From positions 70,186,001 through 70,250,000 of the forward strand of contig NC_087437.1 in NCBI RefSeq assembly GCF_036321535.1: DNA of 64,000 bases. Reading direction: 5' to 3'. Origin of the DNA: Camelus dromedarius (taxonomy: Eukaryota). The translations under genes were made by a program, and so were the position numbers. Shown here piece by piece: positions 63,152 to 64,000 of this stretch. Numbering within the stretch: the first letter of the stretch is position 1; each line of letters starts with the position of its first letter. The notes beneath the pieces are model-generated. The model saw only the letters and a list, made by a program, of their open reading frames with translations, made no database searches and was not told where the DNA came from.

Positions 63152-63479
63152 ATTCCAATTTCCAAAGGAAGCTTAAGGCTCCCTCTCTTTCCAACACTAC
63201 CATGAATGAAGAAAGATTATGTGGATCAAAGCCACAAGCACTGATGGCTCAGTGCTAAGGGCTGAAAATTCCAGTATGACACAAGAGGTCTGACATCCCC
63301 ATGGTTTCATTCTCTCTGTAGTTATCATTCTGGAAATCTCCTCTCTGAGTGCTTTCTTTATGGTGGGGGGTTCCTCTTCTGGACTTTTCTCCCACGCATC
63401 TATTATTGTCAGAGGAGTTTTGGCCCTTTCTTTCTAAGAGTTTTTCCACCCCTATCACCCTTAGGCCCTGACTAATGGG
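63152..63479 (-). pseudogene. Candidate pseudo-exon (hydrophilic, low-structure)
   Basis: Acceptor ttgacttccctgatattcag, donor AAT|GTAAGA. 109 codons with 2 stops (PISQGLRVIGVEKLLERKGQNSSDNN...LWKLE). Confidence 0.45.
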
Positions 63480-63684
63480 CTGAATATCAGGGAAGTCAAA
63501 CAAGCAGACCTTAAGTTTGATGGTTAAAATAGAAATTGAAAGAGTGAACAACTGTATTAGATGATATTCAACCAGTCTATCAAAAAAAGAAAAATCTCAA
63601 GAATCAATTATATCTCACAATAAAATATACCTCAACTATAACACAGACGTCAGTCACAGTAAACTATTTGACACTTTCTAAATT

Positions 63685-63832
63685 CACTATGCTTTTAACT
63701 TCGCTAAGCTTCAACTCATCATTTGTATTAGTGGAGATAATAATTGTACTTATCTCATAAAGCTATTAGAAAAATCAACTAATAGTACATATAGTCCCGA
63801 GGCACATAGTAAGTATTCAGTAAATGTTAGGT
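63685..63832 (+). mobile_element. MIR SINE
   Basis: ggagataataattgtacttatctcata...ggcacatagtaagtattcagtaaatgttag. Confidence 0.7.
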
Positions 63833-63889
63833 ATTCAAACATATCTCCACCATGGCACTTATAAGATTGTAATAGAATTTTCATGTTTC

Positions 63890-64000
63890 TTTCAGTAGAC
63901 TGTGTGATTAGTGACAGTAGGGACCCTGAATAATTTGTATTTATATATGCAGTATTTAGCAAAATTAGGATGTTCTCAATAAACATATGCTCAATACATA
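63890..64000 (+). mobile_element. L2 3' end
   Basis: tagactgtgtga...agggacc...tctcaataaacat. Confidence 0.45.

Larger units (their letters stand above)
71..63479 (-). pseudogene. Decayed multi-exon gene encoding spectrin-repeat/coiled-coil protein, probably a nesprin (SYNE1/SYNE2-like) paralog; likely extends beyond both window edges
   Basis: About 20 minus-strand exon-like segments in non-repeat DNA, most with a pyrimidine-tract AG acceptor and many with a GT donor. Frames are near-open but broken by stops and frameshifts. Peptides resemble remembered SYNE1/2 segments in collinear order (N-terminal-like near 61 kb, C-terminal-like near 0-2 kb). Confidence 0.65.

Noticed and set aside
1..64000. 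Intact functional gene or prokaryotic-type system
   Set aside because: Nearly all exon candidates carry stops or frameshifts, there is no CpG-island promoter, and the repeat content is eutherian.

Overview
AT-rich eutherian mammal genomic DNA with no intact protein-coding gene, RNA gene, CRISPR array or prokaryotic feature. Much of the window is old interspersed repeat: L1M, L2, MIR, MaLR/ERVL/ERV1 solo LTRs and hAT MITEs. One young L1 3' end resembles cetartiodactyl, probably camelid, L1s. The main observation comes from hand-translating the non-repeat DNA. The minus strand carries a series of decayed exons from about 63.5 kb down to about 0.07 kb, with polypyrimidine-AG acceptors, GT donors and long near-open frames broken by stops and frameshifts. 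They encode coiled-coil/spectrin-repeat-like peptides. Several resemble SYNE1/SYNE2 (nesprin) segments in N-to-C order, which suggests a dead, intron-containing giant nesprin-like paralog spanning the window. The family call rests on by-eye comparison with remembered SYNE1/2 sequence and needs tBLASTn/HMM confirmation. Repeat subfamily names are also from memory, and repeat boundaries are approximate unless a TSD is quoted.
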